Source: Alphaproteobacteria bacterium
GTDB taxonomy: Bacteria; Pseudomonadota; Alphaproteobacteria; UBA828
Reading direction: 5' to 3'
DNA length: 64,000 nucleotides
NCBI GenBank assembly: GCA_963422645.2
Contig: CAXXVO010000017.1
Location: forward strand, 64,001-128,000
In this document: positions 1 through 11,615 of the stretch, in pieces
How the letters are laid out: each line of letters starts with the position of its first letter
How positions within the stretch are numbered: the first letter of the stretch is position 1
The notes under the pieces: generated by a model
The model's input: only the letters and a program-made list of their open reading frames with translations
Told to the model about the DNA's origin: nothing
The model's database searches: none
Translations under genes and position numbers: made by a program

Positions 1-588
1 CACCCCTCTTCCAGGCTGTCCGACTTCTACCGCGAGATCGGCGGGATGTTCGGCGTCGACCTGATGTACAACAACCGCTGGGCCAGCTTCAAAAACCTGC
101 GCGAGCGATGGCTCACCCATGTCGACGACACCCGCATGCGGCCCGTGGTGCTCATCGACGAGGCCCAGGAGCTGCTGCCCTCGGTGATCTCCGAGATCCG
201 CCTGCTGGCGTCCACCGACTTCGACTCGCGCGCCATCCTCTCGGTCGTCTTCGCCGGCGACAGCCGCCTGATCGACAGGCTCCGCCAGCCCGACTTGCAG
301 CCCATCGCCTCGCGCCTGCGCCAGCGCCTGGTCATGACCCAGGCAGACGCCGGCGACCTCGCGGCCCTGCTCGACCATCTGGTCGAGCAGGCCGGCAATC
401 CGGGCCTCATGAGCGCAGAGCTCAAGGACACCCTGGTCACCCACGCCGGCGGCAACCCCAGGGCGCTTACCGTCATGGGCGACATGCTGCTCGCCGCCGG
501 CGCCGAGAAGAACCGCGAGGTTCTCGACGAGAAGCTCTTCATGGAGATCCTGGGCGAGCCCGCCAAGCCGAAGAGGGCACGGCGGTGA
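1..588 (+). CDS. ExeA/GspA-like AAA+ ATPase (5'-truncated by window edge), of the type found next to DDE transposases
   Basis: Walker B 'VVLIDEAQ', 'RLLAS..FDS', 'SRLR' and 'GGNPR' motifs. The frame is open to the window start and the stop overlaps the next GTG (GTGA, 585-588). Confidence 0.8.
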   Translation, partial: HPSSRLSDFYREIGGMFGVDLMYNNRWASFKNLRERWLTHVDDTRMRPVVLIDEAQELLPSVISEIRLLASTDFDSRAILSVVFAGDSRLIDRLRQPDLQPIASRLRQRLVMTQADAGDLAALLDHLVEQAGNPGLMSAELKDTLVTHAGGNPRALTVMGDMLLAAGAEKNREVLDEKLFMEILGEPAKPKRARR

Positions 589-1583
589 AGGGCTTCCCGA
601 CACGGGCGCCGATGCAGCTCGAGGATCGCCCCCGGGCGCAACAGTGGATGGTGGACACGCTGTGGGCCGAGCAGGCCGTGGGCATCGTCGGCGGCGAGCC
701 CAAGTGCGGCAAATCCCTGCTCGCGCTCGATCTCGCCGTCGCCGTGGCCACCGGCGTCCCATGCCTGCGCCACTACCGCCCCAGCGCAAGCGGCACCGTG
801 CTGCTCTTCGCCGCCGAGGACGCCGGCCACAGGGTGCGCAAGCGTCTGCAGGGGATCGCCCGCGCCGCCGCCACCCCCTTCGACGAACTCGACATCGCCG
901 TCATCGACGTGCCCACCCTGCGTCTCGACCAGCGCATCGACCGTCAGCGCCTGCAGGAGACCGTGGAGCGCATCGAACCGCGCCTCCTGATCCTCGATCC
1001 CCTGGTCCGCCTGCACAGCGTCGACGAGAACGCCGTCGCAGAGATCGCCCCCATCCTCGGCTTCCTGCGCGAACTGCAGCGCCGCTTCGAAACCGCCGTC
1101 CTCCTCGTCCACCACGCCCGCAAGAGCGGCGGCACCCGGCCGGGGCAGGCCCTGCGCGGGAGCAGCGAGCTGCACGCTTGGGGTGACTCAAATCTGTACC
1201 TGCGCCGGCGCGACAAGAAGATCGTCATGACGGTCGAGCAGCGCGACGCCCGGGGCCTCAACGACATCGAGCTGGAACTCGTCGACGGCGGACATGGGCC
1301 GGCCTTCCGTCTGCACCAGGACGCGGCAGATGAAGACAGGCACGAGCCCGCCACCGTCGAGCAGCGCGTCTTCAAGGCGATCGAGCAGGCCGAAAAGCCG
1401 CTCTCGAAAGCCCAGATCCGCTCACGCGCCGCTGCCCGCAACGCCACCGTCGTTGCCGCCATCGAGAGCCTCACCAGGGAGGGGCGCATCGAACGGGCGC
1501 CCAGGGGTGGCTATCGCCTCGCAGCCGCCGAGGCGCACCGGGAGCCGCAATCCCCTGCCGCCATCAACGGAAGTGCGGGATGA
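585..1583 (+). CDS. AAA_25/RepA-like (RecA-fold) helicase with C-terminal winged-helix-like tail
   Basis: Walker A 'GGEPKCGKS', 'LLILDPL', 'LLVHHARK', 'LRGSS'. The GTG start is coupled to the upstream stop. Confidence 0.8.
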   Translation: MKGFPTRAPMQLEDRPRAQQWMVDTLWAEQAVGIVGGEPKCGKSLLALDLAVAVATGVPCLRHYRPSASGTVLLFAAEDAGHRVRKRLQGIARAAATPFDELDIAVIDVPTLRLDQRIDRQRLQETVERIEPRLLILDPLVRLHSVDENAVAEIAPILGFLRELQRRFETAVLLVHHARKSGGTRPGQALRGSSELHAWGDSNLYLRRRDKKIVMTVEQRDARGLNDIELELVDGGHGPAFRLHQDAADEDRHEPATVEQRVFKAIEQAEKPLSKAQIRSRAAARNATVVAAIESLTREGRIERAPRGGYRLAAAEAHREPQSPAAINGSAG

Positions 1584-1585
1584 GG

Positions 1586-1642
1586 CGTTCCCGTTCCCGT
1601 TCCCGGAACTCTTAAGCGTTGAAGGGTACAGGAACGGGAACG
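1586..1642. repeat. Iteron-like inverted hexamer array (CGTTCC)x3 ... (GGAACG)x2
   Basis: Read directly at 1586-1603 and 1631-1642, between the helicase and Toprim genes. Confidence 0.7.
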
Positions 1643-2299
1643 CCGTCAGCCTCCCTTCCAAGCAGACCTTCGCCGGGACCCGGCAATGAGCGGCGGCGAT
1701 CCCCTGGCCACCTGCCGCAACATCCCCCTCGACCGGGTCGCCGCCGCCCTCGGCTACCGCAGAGACCCGACCGACCGGGCGCGCTTCAAGCGCGGGGGCT
1801 CGGTCATCAGCATCAACGGCGAGAAGTTCTTCGATCACCTGCGCGGCACGGGAGGGGGTGGCGCCATCGACCTCGTCATCCATGCGACGGGATGCCGCTT
1901 CCCGGAAGCCCTCCGCTTCCTCGGAAGCCATGAGGGGCGGAGGGAGATCACCACCATCCCAGCCGCCCCGCGACGCCTGCGGCTGCCAAGGCCCAGTCCC
2001 CGCGCCTGGCCCAGGGTCCGGGACGCCCTCATCCGCCAACGCGCTATCGGCACCGACGTGCTCGAAGCCTGCCACGGCCGAGGCCTCCTCTACGCCGATG
2101 ACAGGATCAACGCCGTCTTCATCTGCCGAAACGCCAGCGGGCACACGACCGGCGCCGAGATCCTCGGCACCGCGCCGCAGCCCGGAACAAAACAGTCATG
2201 GTCCCCGCGGTTCTGAGCCACCCCGTGGCATGAAACAGGAGCGGTTCGGCTGACGTTTTCCTTGCGCTTGCACCCATTTGCCGTGTCAGGATGGGTATT

Positions 2300-2520
2300 G
2301 GCGGAGGTGGGGACGTGTGAGCGTCGTTATATCGGTGACGTAGTTCCCGATGACAAAACTGCTTCCGGCGGCCGGCTCCGCACCCCGTATTGTACCCGGC
2401 CCGTGGCCGTGGACGCGCGGCAAATTGCACCGCACCCGCTCGTCGGATGCGTGTTCTTCCGACCGCTGTCCCCGCCTCCACCGTGGCGATGCCACGGCGT
2501 GATCGTACGCCGCCGTGGCG
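2300..2520 (+). ncRNA. Candidate IS110 bridge RNA (boundaries approximate)
   Basis: Long 5' non-coding leader with ACAAAAC (2353-2359, identical to the left target plus core) followed by CGGCAAA (2418-2424, identical to the left donor), each ahead of a GC-rich stem. Confidence 0.5.
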
Positions 2521-2544
2521 AGAGCGCAAATGAGGAGGAAGGCG

Positions 2545-3795
2545 ATGAAGACGGAAGGCTTGCACGTCGTCCGGCCGCGCGCGGCGGGTCTGGACGTGCA
2601 CAAGATGGAGATCACCGCGACGGTTCGCCTCTGTGAGGGCGAGGGTGAGCCGGTGGTGGAGACGCGCTGCTTCGGCACGCTGCCGAGCGGTCTGGAGGAG
2701 ATGGTCGCGTGGCTGACCGGTCACGGCGTCGAGGCTGCGGTGATGGAAGGGACCGGGGTCTACTGGCAGGCGCCCTTCGCGGCCCTGGAGGCGGCCGGGC
2801 TCGAGGCGATCCTGGTGCATGCGCGTCAGGTGAAGCAGTTGAAGGGGCGCAAGACCGACGTGGCGGACAGCGTGTGGCTGGCCTGCGTGTGCCAGTTCGG
2901 GCTCTGCACGCCTTCCCACGTTCCGCCTGAGCCGTTCCGGGAGCTGCGCGCACTGAGCCGCCAGCGCCGCGTCCTGGTCAGGCAGCGCTCCGCCGTGCGC
3001 AACCGCGTGCAGAAGATCATCGACCGCGCCGGTGCGCGCATCGGCGGCATCCTCTCCGACGTCTTCGGCGTCAACGGCCGGAAGATCCTCGACGGCCTGG
3101 CGCAGGGGACGGCGCGCGAGGTCATCCTCGCCTCGCTCACCAGCCACGTTGCGAACAAGCTGGAGGGGCTCGGCGAGGCGCTCACCCTGAGCCTGGGCGA
3201 CAACGACCGCTTCATGCTCAACGACCTGCTGGAGGAGCATGACGCGCTTGAGGCGCGCATCGCGTCCTACACCAGGAAGATCGACGGGCAGATGACACCG
3301 TGGGAGGAGCAGCTCCGTCTGCTGACCACCATCCCCGGCATCGACCGCACCGCCGCCTCGACCATCCTCATCGAGATCGGCCCCGACATCGGCGTGTTCG
3401 CCTCCAAGGAGCACTTCGCCGCCTGGGCCGGGCTCTGCCCCGGCAACAACGAGAGCGGGGGCAAGCGCCGCAACGCACGCACCCGCATGGGCTCCAAGAC
3501 CCTGCGCGCCTGCCTCGTCGAGTGTGCCCACGGCGCGGCCCGAACCAAGGGGTGCCAGTTCGAGGCTCATCACCGCGCCCTCGCCGCCCGGCGCGGCTAC
3601 AAGCGCGCCATCGTCGCCGGCGCTCACAAGATGCTGCGCATCATCTATGTGGTGCTCAAGACCGGCAGGCCCTACTACGACCGCACGGCCGACTACGACG
3701 CTCTGATGGTCAAGCGCAACGCTCCTCGGTGGATCCGCATGCTCCGCCGCTACGGCTACATCGAGCCCGTAGGCGCGGAACTCAAGGCCGCCTGA
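2545..3795 (+). CDS. IS110 DEDD recombinase/transposase
   Basis: 'GLDVHK', 'MEGTG', 'KTDVAD', 'TIPGID' and 'NESGGK' motifs; strong RBS GAGGAGG upstream of ATG 2545. Confidence 0.95.
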   Translation: MKTEGLHVVRPRAAGLDVHKMEITATVRLCEGEGEPVVETRCFGTLPSGLEEMVAWLTGHGVEAAVMEGTGVYWQAPFAALEAAGLEAILVHARQVKQLKGRKTDVADSVWLACVCQFGLCTPSHVPPEPFRELRALSRQRRVLVRQRSAVRNRVQKIIDRAGARIGGILSDVFGVNGRKILDGLAQGTAREVILASLTSHVANKLEGLGEALTLSLGDNDRFMLNDLLEEHDALEARIASYTRKIDGQMTPWEEQLRLLTTIPGIDRTAASTILIEIGPDIGVFASKEHFAAWAGLCPGNNESGGKRRNARTRMGSKTLRACLVECAHGAARTKGCQFEAHHRALAARRGYKRAIVAGAHKMLRIIYVVLKTGRPYYDRTADYDALMVKRNAPRWIRMLRRYGYIEPVGAELKAA

Positions 3796-4359
3796 GCGGC
3801 CCGCATCTCGTCAGCCGGCTACGCGGGACCGCTTCGGACCACATCGGGGAAGTCCACCGCTCGTCTCCGCCGCGCCGACCCTGGCGGTCTCAGCCAACGC
3901 CGTGACCTCGGGGTTGGAGCGTCACCGCGCGTCCCTCGCCAGAATCTGTTTCACGGCAAACGCTTCAGGGGCATGGCCCCGGGATCGCGCAAGGCGCGTG
4001 GCGGCTTCTGGCTCCACTGCGACCGAAACCAGCCCGCCCTCGTCATCCTCACCGAGAGCGCCGTCGACGCCATCTCTGCACGAAGCCTGCGCGTCGAGGG
4101 GACGCGCGAGAACGGCGCCGTCGTCGCCTCAACCGCCGGCATCGCCAGCTCGGTCCCGCCCTGGATCAAGGAGTGGAAGCCACGTCGCATCGTCTGTGCC
4201 TACGACGCAGACAGCGCCGGCGACACTGCCGCCGAGCATCTCGTGCTCAACGATCCAAGGGTGAAAAGGTTGCGCCCACGACACGCCAAGGACTGGAACG
4301 AGATGCTCCTGCGGTCTCGATGAAAGCCAGGCCACTCACCGCTCTCGCAGATCAACCAA

Positions 4360-4422
4360 GCGCCGCATCACGAACATCAAATAATCCGAAAACCGCACCA
4401 TCAAATGCTGGGCGCACGCTCA
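4360..4422. mobile_element. Probable right end (...GCTCA) of the ExeA/helicase/Toprim element
   Basis: Repeated CATCA/CATCAAAT motifs ending in CA exactly where integrase 2 breaks off (IIRLLL). Confidence 0.5.
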
Positions 4423-5113
4423 GCAGGAGCCGGATGATATCGGCCTGCTCTCGCCTGCTGTTGCGGGTCTGCCTGTCCAGGACGTGATGGAGCCGGGATA
4501 TCTCCTCCCGGGACAAGAAGCGTGTGAGCATCCGCCTCGGGTTCCTTTCCACGGCCCACGCCGGGTTGGTTTCGAGGTGGCCGCGGGCGATGGCGAAATT
4601 GATGATCTGCGTGAGAAGATCGAGTGCGTGATTGGCGTTGCCGGGGGCGCTCCGGCTGAACCGATCGAACCATCGCCCGATGTGCGTTGGCGAGATGCGG
4701 TCGAGCGGCTTCGAGCCGAAGGCCGGCAGGAGTTGGCGGTCGAGCACGGATCGCACGCCCTTCCTGGTGGACGGCTTGTAGCCGTCGAGATGAGCCTCCT
4801 TCCACGCACCCTCGACGAAGTCCCGGAAGAGCGGAGCCGCACGCCTGGGTGCTCCGGTCGCTTCCGGTTCGGCCTTGCGCGTATGGCATTCCCGGCGGAC
4901 CTCCGCGACGGTCTTCAGCGACACCGGACCGAGCGAGATCCGCCTCGACCGCCCGCCGGTGTTCTCCAACAGGACATAGCTCCGCCCGCCGGTGGGCCGG
5001 ACCCGAACCCCGAGGCCGACAAATTGATTATCCCAGACCGTAAATTCCTGCTCGCGAGGGCGGAGACGGGCGATGGCACGGTCGGCGAGCCGCATGCGTT
5101 CCCTGCCGGCCAT
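4423..5113 (-). pseudogene. Tyrosine integrase 2 (arm-binding and core-binding domains), truncated before the catalytic domain
   Basis: 'GLGVRVRPTGGRSY' arm domain, 'RFLSREE', ends at 'IIRLLL'. It has its own GGAGG RBS before ATG 5113. Confidence 0.8.
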
Positions 5114-5384
5114 GATTCGGGCCTCCAGCGCAGCGCCGACGGTCTCGGCGGCGTCCATCACCGTCTTGTCGGCGAGGTGCGTGTACTTGAGCGTGGTTTC
5201 CGGGTTGCGGTGACCGAGCAGCCTGGCGATGGTGAGGACGGTCTCACCTTGCCGCAGGGCGATGCTGGCATGGGTGTGACGGAGATCGTGGAGGCGCACG
5301 CCGTGCAACCCGGCTTCACCGCGGACCTCTTTCCAGAAACCTTCCAACCAGCCCTTGTTCCTCGGCCCTCGCCCGCGCGGCGCC

Positions 5385-7859
5385 CAATGGCATTCACTTA
5401 GCGGTTTTCGACTGTTCACTTAAGGAGTCGTGTTCTTGCGCTGTCGGTTGCGTGCGTTTCTGTCGTTCAGGTGTTCAGGCGACGGCCCGCTTTGCGCGTG
5501 CCCACTTGCCGCGGGGTTTGCGCGACCTGCGTTCGCAGGACCGGCCGGCGCGCTCAGCGCTGACGCGCCTGGTTGATGCAGGAGAGGACATGGCTGAGGG
5601 TTTCGGCGACCATCGCCGTATGGCGCAGCAGCAGCGCTTCGAGGTTGCGCGCGACGGTGGCGAGGCCGTTGCTGAAGTTGGCTTTCATCGCCGGCTTGCC
5701 GTCGGCAGGGCGCTCGGCGTCGAGGCTTGCGTTGCTGCGGTTGGTGAAGAGCCGGGTCATGGCGATGAGGTTGAAGTGGGCGAAGAGCTCCTGGCGGACG
5801 CCGCGCTCGGTCTGGCTGTGGAAGGCCTCGACGGCCATGGCCTGTTTCGAGGTCTTGTAGAGTTCCTCGATTCCCCAGCGCGCGTGATAGAGCTCGGCCA
5901 GTTCCGCGACGCTCCAGGCCTTGGGGTCGAGGAGGGTGGTGGCGAGGATGAAGACCGTGCTGCCGATGCGGTAGCGGACCAGTCGCAGGCGCAGCGGGGT
6001 GGCGTCGACGTGCGGCGTCTTGCGGCGCAGCTTTCTCAGGGTGTCCTTTCCGGGAGCGACGGTGATCGGCGCGTCCGTGCGGCCGTCGGCGATGAAGGCG
6101 TCGAGGGCGGCGCCTGCCTTCTTCTTGATCCGGAACACGGGGTGCAGGCCGCGGGCGACATGGGCGTGCAGCATCTCCCAAGAGTAGTAGCCGCGGTCAT
6201 AGACCACGATGTCGTTGGCCGAGAGCGCCTTGAGGTGGGCGAGGGCGGCCCTTCTTTCGTCGCCGTGCGCGACCAGGTCGAAGTCCACCGGGATGTTCGC
6301 GTGCAGCCGGTAGAGGCAACTCAGCAGGCCCTGCGGGTAGTGGGCCGCCTCGGAGGGCGTGCGGTAGCCGGCCTTGAGCAGCGGCCGCGGCAGGTTGAGC
6401 TTGGAGCCGTCGACCGCGAACACGCGGTGGCCCTTCCAGGCCGGGCCGTCGGCGCGCTTGAGGATCTCGGCGTGCAGCGTCTTGAACACCGCCTCGTCGA
6501 CCTTGGCCCGCGCCATGCACATCGCCGAGGCCGAGACCGGCGCCGGCTGCGGCAGTGCGACGCCCAGGACCCGGCACTGCTCCCACAGCCCGGCCAGCGT
6601 CGTGGCGTAGCCCGCGCGGCCGTTCGAGAACGCCAGCCGGAAGATGAAGAGCATGACGAGAAGGGTGTCGAGGACCCGCCGGCGGCTCTGCCACACCCGG
6701 TCGTGATCGGCGGCCACCGCCGCCAGTGCGCCGATCAGGTCCTGCCACAGCGCCACGAAGGGATCGTCCGGCGCCAGCGCTGCCGGCCGTGTCCTGTTCC
6801 CGCGCCGCGCCGGCCGCGGGCCTTCGAGCAGGATCGAGCGGAAGTCCGGCGTCAGCGGGTAGACGTAGACGCTTTTGCGGGTCTTGCCCTTGCCGCCCCC
6901 GGTCTCGCCGAGACAGCGCCAGTTGGCCGCGCGGTAGCAGGCGCCGTCGAAGAGGCTGGGGTCCACGAAGGTCTCCACCAGAACCGGGCGCGCTCCGAAG
7001 CGCGCCTCCCAGTCGCCGGGCAGCTGGCGCAGCGCCATCGACAGCGCTTTCGACGCCAGGTTGTCGACCCGGACCCAGGGAAAGATCAGGAAACGCGTGT
7101 GACCCACGACCAGATCGAGGTGCTTGCGGAAGCCTTCCGCCGGCCACCCGATCCACTCGTCGCGGCAGGGCAGCGTGCGCGACGCCCGGGCAAACAGAAG
7201 GCAGCCCAGAGGCCGCCCGTGGCGGTCCAGGAGAAAATAGCGCAGATGCGCGCCGACCAGACGATGCAGCCCGAGATAGTGGTGGCGCGCGACGAACTCG
7301 TTCCACAGCCCGCCCTCCTCCTTGCCCGCCGCAATCGACAGGCGCAGCGGCATCAGCGCGGCCAGGTCCTCCGCGATCGCCGCGGCCGGCGCCGTCCGCT
7401 CGCTCCGGGCCATCGCCTCCTGCGGCCCCCGCACCTGCGCCTCGTCCCGCGCCGGCAGGGTCAGGATGCCCAGCCGCTCCAACTCCTCCAGCATCCGCAG
7501 GCAGACCGCGACACGGTTCCGCCCGCTCGGCGCGCGCCAGTTCAAATGCTCGCAGATCGTGTGCCCGAGCTCGTTGCGGCTGATCGCCGGAAACAGCGCC
7601 ACCGTCTCCTGGATGTCGGCAATCTGCCGGCGGGTCAGACGTCTGCCGAAAAAGGTCGTCGACTTCAGCGCGGTGATGCGGGGGTCCATGGGCCGGCTCC
7701 ACTGACAGGGGGACAGCCACAGTGTGCCAAAGCACACGCCGCCGGTCAATCCCCCTCGTGCGGGAAACGCCGAGACCGACAATCCACACAAGAAATCAAC
7801 TCGTTACGACACCACCAAAAAAACCCCGGAACAATCTTCGCGCCAAATGAATGCCATTG
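5385..7859 (-). mobile_element. IS4-family element
   Basis: 12-bp perfect terminal inverted repeats CAATGGCATTCA / TGAATGCCATTG and a 10-bp target duplication GCGCGGCGCC (5375-5384, 7860-7869). Confidence 0.92.
5554..7689 (-). CDS. DUF4338-like domain fused to an IS4 DDE transposase
   Basis: N-terminal 'HHYLG...RFLIFPWVRVDNLASKAL...LVETFVDP..F.G.CYRAANW'; C-terminal 'AVDGS', 'YDRGY', 'YHARWGIEE' (IS4 Y-R-E-K motif). Confidence 0.85.
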   Translation of the reverse strand: MDPRITALKSTTFFGRRLTRRQIADIQETVALFPAISRNELGHTICEHLNWRAPSGRNRVAVCLRMLEELERLGILTLPARDEAQVRGPQEAMARSERTAPAAAIAEDLAALMPLRLSIAAGKEEGGLWNEFVARHHYLGLHRLVGAHLRYFLLDRHGRPLGCLLFARASRTLPCRDEWIGWPAEGFRKHLDLVVGHTRFLIFPWVRVDNLASKALSMALRQLPGDWEARFGARPVLVETFVDPSLFDGACYRAANWRCLGETGGGKGKTRKSVYVYPLTPDFRSILLEGPRPARRGNRTRPAALAPDDPFVALWQDLIGALAAVAADHDRVWQSRRRVLDTLLVMLFIFRLAFSNGRAGYATTLAGLWEQCRVLGVALPQPAPVSASAMCMARAKVDEAVFKTLHAEILKRADGPAWKGHRVFAVDGSKLNLPRPLLKAGYRTPSEAAHYPQGLLSCLYRLHANIPVDFDLVAHGDERRAALAHLKALSANDIVVYDRGYYSWEMLHAHVARGLHPVFRIKKKAGAALDAFIADGRTDAPITVAPGKDTLRKLRRKTPHVDATPLRLRLVRYRIGSTVFILATTLLDPKAWSVAELAELYHARWGIEELYKTSKQAMAVEAFHSQTERGVRQELFAHFNLIAMTRLFTNRSNASLDAERPADGKPAMKANFSNGLATVARNLEALLLRHTAMVAETLSHVLSCINQARQR

Positions 7860-8842
7860 GCGCGGCGCCGGGAACACCCACAGCCCGGTCCGCTCCAGCC
7901 CGTCGAGAACGTTTCGGGCGGGCTGTGACAGCCAGACGGTGCGGGCCCCGGTCTTGCTGTCGCGGAGGAAGAGGTGACCCTCGCGGTAGTCGGACCAGCG
8001 GAGCGTCAGGATCTCGCTCTTGCGGCATCCCGTCAGCAGGAGGAGCCGGATGACGGCGACCTGCTGCCGACGCCCATTTGCGTGGGCCGACAGTCTCGCC
8101 GACAGGCGGCGTATCTCCTCGTCGGACAGGAAGCGCGCGCGTCCCTTGCGGCGATAGCGCCGGATACCCAGGCAGGGGTTGGAGCCCTCCGGTCGAAGAC
8201 CCATGGCTTCCGCTTCCCTCAAGATGACGGAGAGCACCGGCATTGAGCGGTCGGCGGCGACCGGGGTCGCGCGCAGCGATGCGAACCAGTCGCGAACATC
8301 CCTCCGGTCGATGTCGGCGACTTGCCGTCCCTGGAAGCGGGGCAGGATCTGGTTCTTCAGGTAGCACCGGTTGACATCCAAGGTTCCCGGCTTCCAGAGC
8401 CTCCGGTAGCGCTCGAACACGGTCTCGGCGACGGCCTCGAAGAGGGTGTCGGCGGGGTCGCGGGGTGGGTCCTCTCCCCGCCGGATCGCGGCGATAGTTT
8501 GCACGGCACTCGACCGCGCTTCGTCTACGCTCATAGCGGCTGCGTCGCCGACGATCTTCCAGATGCGTTCTCCTTGATGCTGGGAATGGACGAAGAAGCG
8601 TTTGCGCCCCGAGGGCAGCACCCGGACACCGAAGCCTCCGAGTTTGCCGTCGCGAATGTCGTAGGCGATCTTGCGGGGTCGAAGCGCCCCGATACGGGCG
8701 TCGGTGAGAGCGGTTCGGGCCATGCATGTTCTCCCGGTTGCGGTTGCAGCCGGGGAAGCGGGCGTTGCGCCATCCGTTCCGCTGCAACAATTGTCAGGAG
8801 AAAAACAGACCCTCTTTCAGATAGTTAGCACCGAAGGTGAGT

Positions 8843-9099
8843 CAAGTGGTGTAAGGCCCATAGCGCTCCGGAAGGTCTCGCCAGGGGGGGGGCGCCCGGA
8901 GCGCAGCACCCACATGATGCCGTTGAGGACGCGCCGGTCGTCCACACGGGGGACGCCGCGAGGCTTGTTCGGCAGCAACGGTTCGATCACGCTCCATTCG
9001 AAGTCGGTCAGGTCGTAGCGGTTCATCGGTGGGCTCCACACTTTGGGAGCCTGAATCAAGATTCGCTCTCTCCGGCAATTATTTTATGGGCACAGAGCC
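8843..9099 (-). mobile_element. IS5-family remnant (left end plus truncated, frameshifted transposase N-terminus)
   Basis: 'MNRYDLTDFEWSVIEPLLP...DDRRVLNGIMWVLRSG' continues as 'WRDLPERYGPYTT' in another frame across a G9 run (8884-8892). The end GGCTCTGTGCCCATAAA lies next to TAG. Confidence 0.8.
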
Positions 9100-9267
9100 T
9101 AGTATGGTCACACCCCGAAGTCAGGTCGTAATGACCTCTATATCGGGTTAACTCCGGGATATAGCCGGATATAAATGGACGGTGCGGCGTGTTGGCCCCA
9201 AAGATGTTGTTCGGCGCGTAGATTCAGTGCCGATCGGCGCGGTAATCCATCGATTTTACTGCATTAC

Positions 9268-9328
9268 GGGGGGTCGACAAAGCGCACTTAACAACAATTC
9301 TGGGGGGAAAGTTCTACGCTTAACGACA
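9268..9328. mobile_element. Orphan IS21-like terminus
   Basis: GGGGGG...TTCTACGCTTAACGACA closely resembles the IS21 end at 20390-20417 (TTCCACGCTTAACAACA), with an internal repeat copy ending at 9296. Confidence 0.55.
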
Positions 9329-9370
9329 CCCCGAGGGCAGCGGGCGCACCTCACCATTCGCGCGGTGCCT

Positions 9371-11314
<1,944 letters not shown>

Positions 11315-11336
11315 CACCTCCGATCTCCTCATGGCC

Positions 11337-11615
11337 CTACTGCTTCGCCGCCTCGACGACGATTCGTCCGCGGCCGCGTCTGAGCAGATAACCGCCCCGC
11401 GGGATCGCAAGCGTGCCCCGCTGCACCAGCGGCCAGAGCGTGTCGACGATCAACGCGGCGTTCGCGTCCGCCTGCGCCGCCGCCGCCGGCTGCGATGCAA
11501 GCCACGCGGCGAACGCCCCTTCGCCGATCTCTTTGCCGACAGACTTGCGCAGCGCGTTGAGCTTGCGGCGCTGCCCCTTGGTGAGTGAGTTCTCGTCGAT
11601 CTGGGTTGGGGACAT
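11337..11615 (-). CDS. Hypothetical 92-aa protein immediately upstream of the rpoD-like gene
   Basis: ATG with AGGAG upstream, protein-like composition, ends 23 nt before the sigma start. Confidence 0.65.
   Translation of the reverse strand: MSPTQIDENSLTKGQRRKLNALRKSVGKEIGEGAFAAWLASQPAAAAQADANAALIVDTLWPLVQRGTLAIPRGGYLLRRGRGRIVVEAAKQ

Larger units (their letters stand above)
2194..3961 (+). mobile_element. IS110-family element
   Basis: Core AAAC at both junctions (2190-2193 and 3958-3961); removing the element restores the host ORF. It has a ~350-nt 5' and a ~165-nt 3' non-coding end. Confidence 0.9.
1686..4323 (+). pseudogene. DUF3991/Toprim (primase-like) gene split by IS110
   Basis: Joining 1686-2193 to 3962-4323 restores the frame (PGTK|RFRGMAPGS). 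Motifs 'GGGGAIDLV', 'ESAVDA', Toprim 'AYDADSAG' and 'KDWNEML' are present. Confidence 0.8.
5117..8723 (-). pseudogene. Tyrosine integrase 1, split by IS4
   Basis: N-terminal part 8723-7860 ('LLLTGCRKSEIL') and C-terminal part 5374-5117 ('HDLRH', 'LLGH', 'KYTH') rejoin in frame as WVFPAPRGRGPR. Confidence 0.85.
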
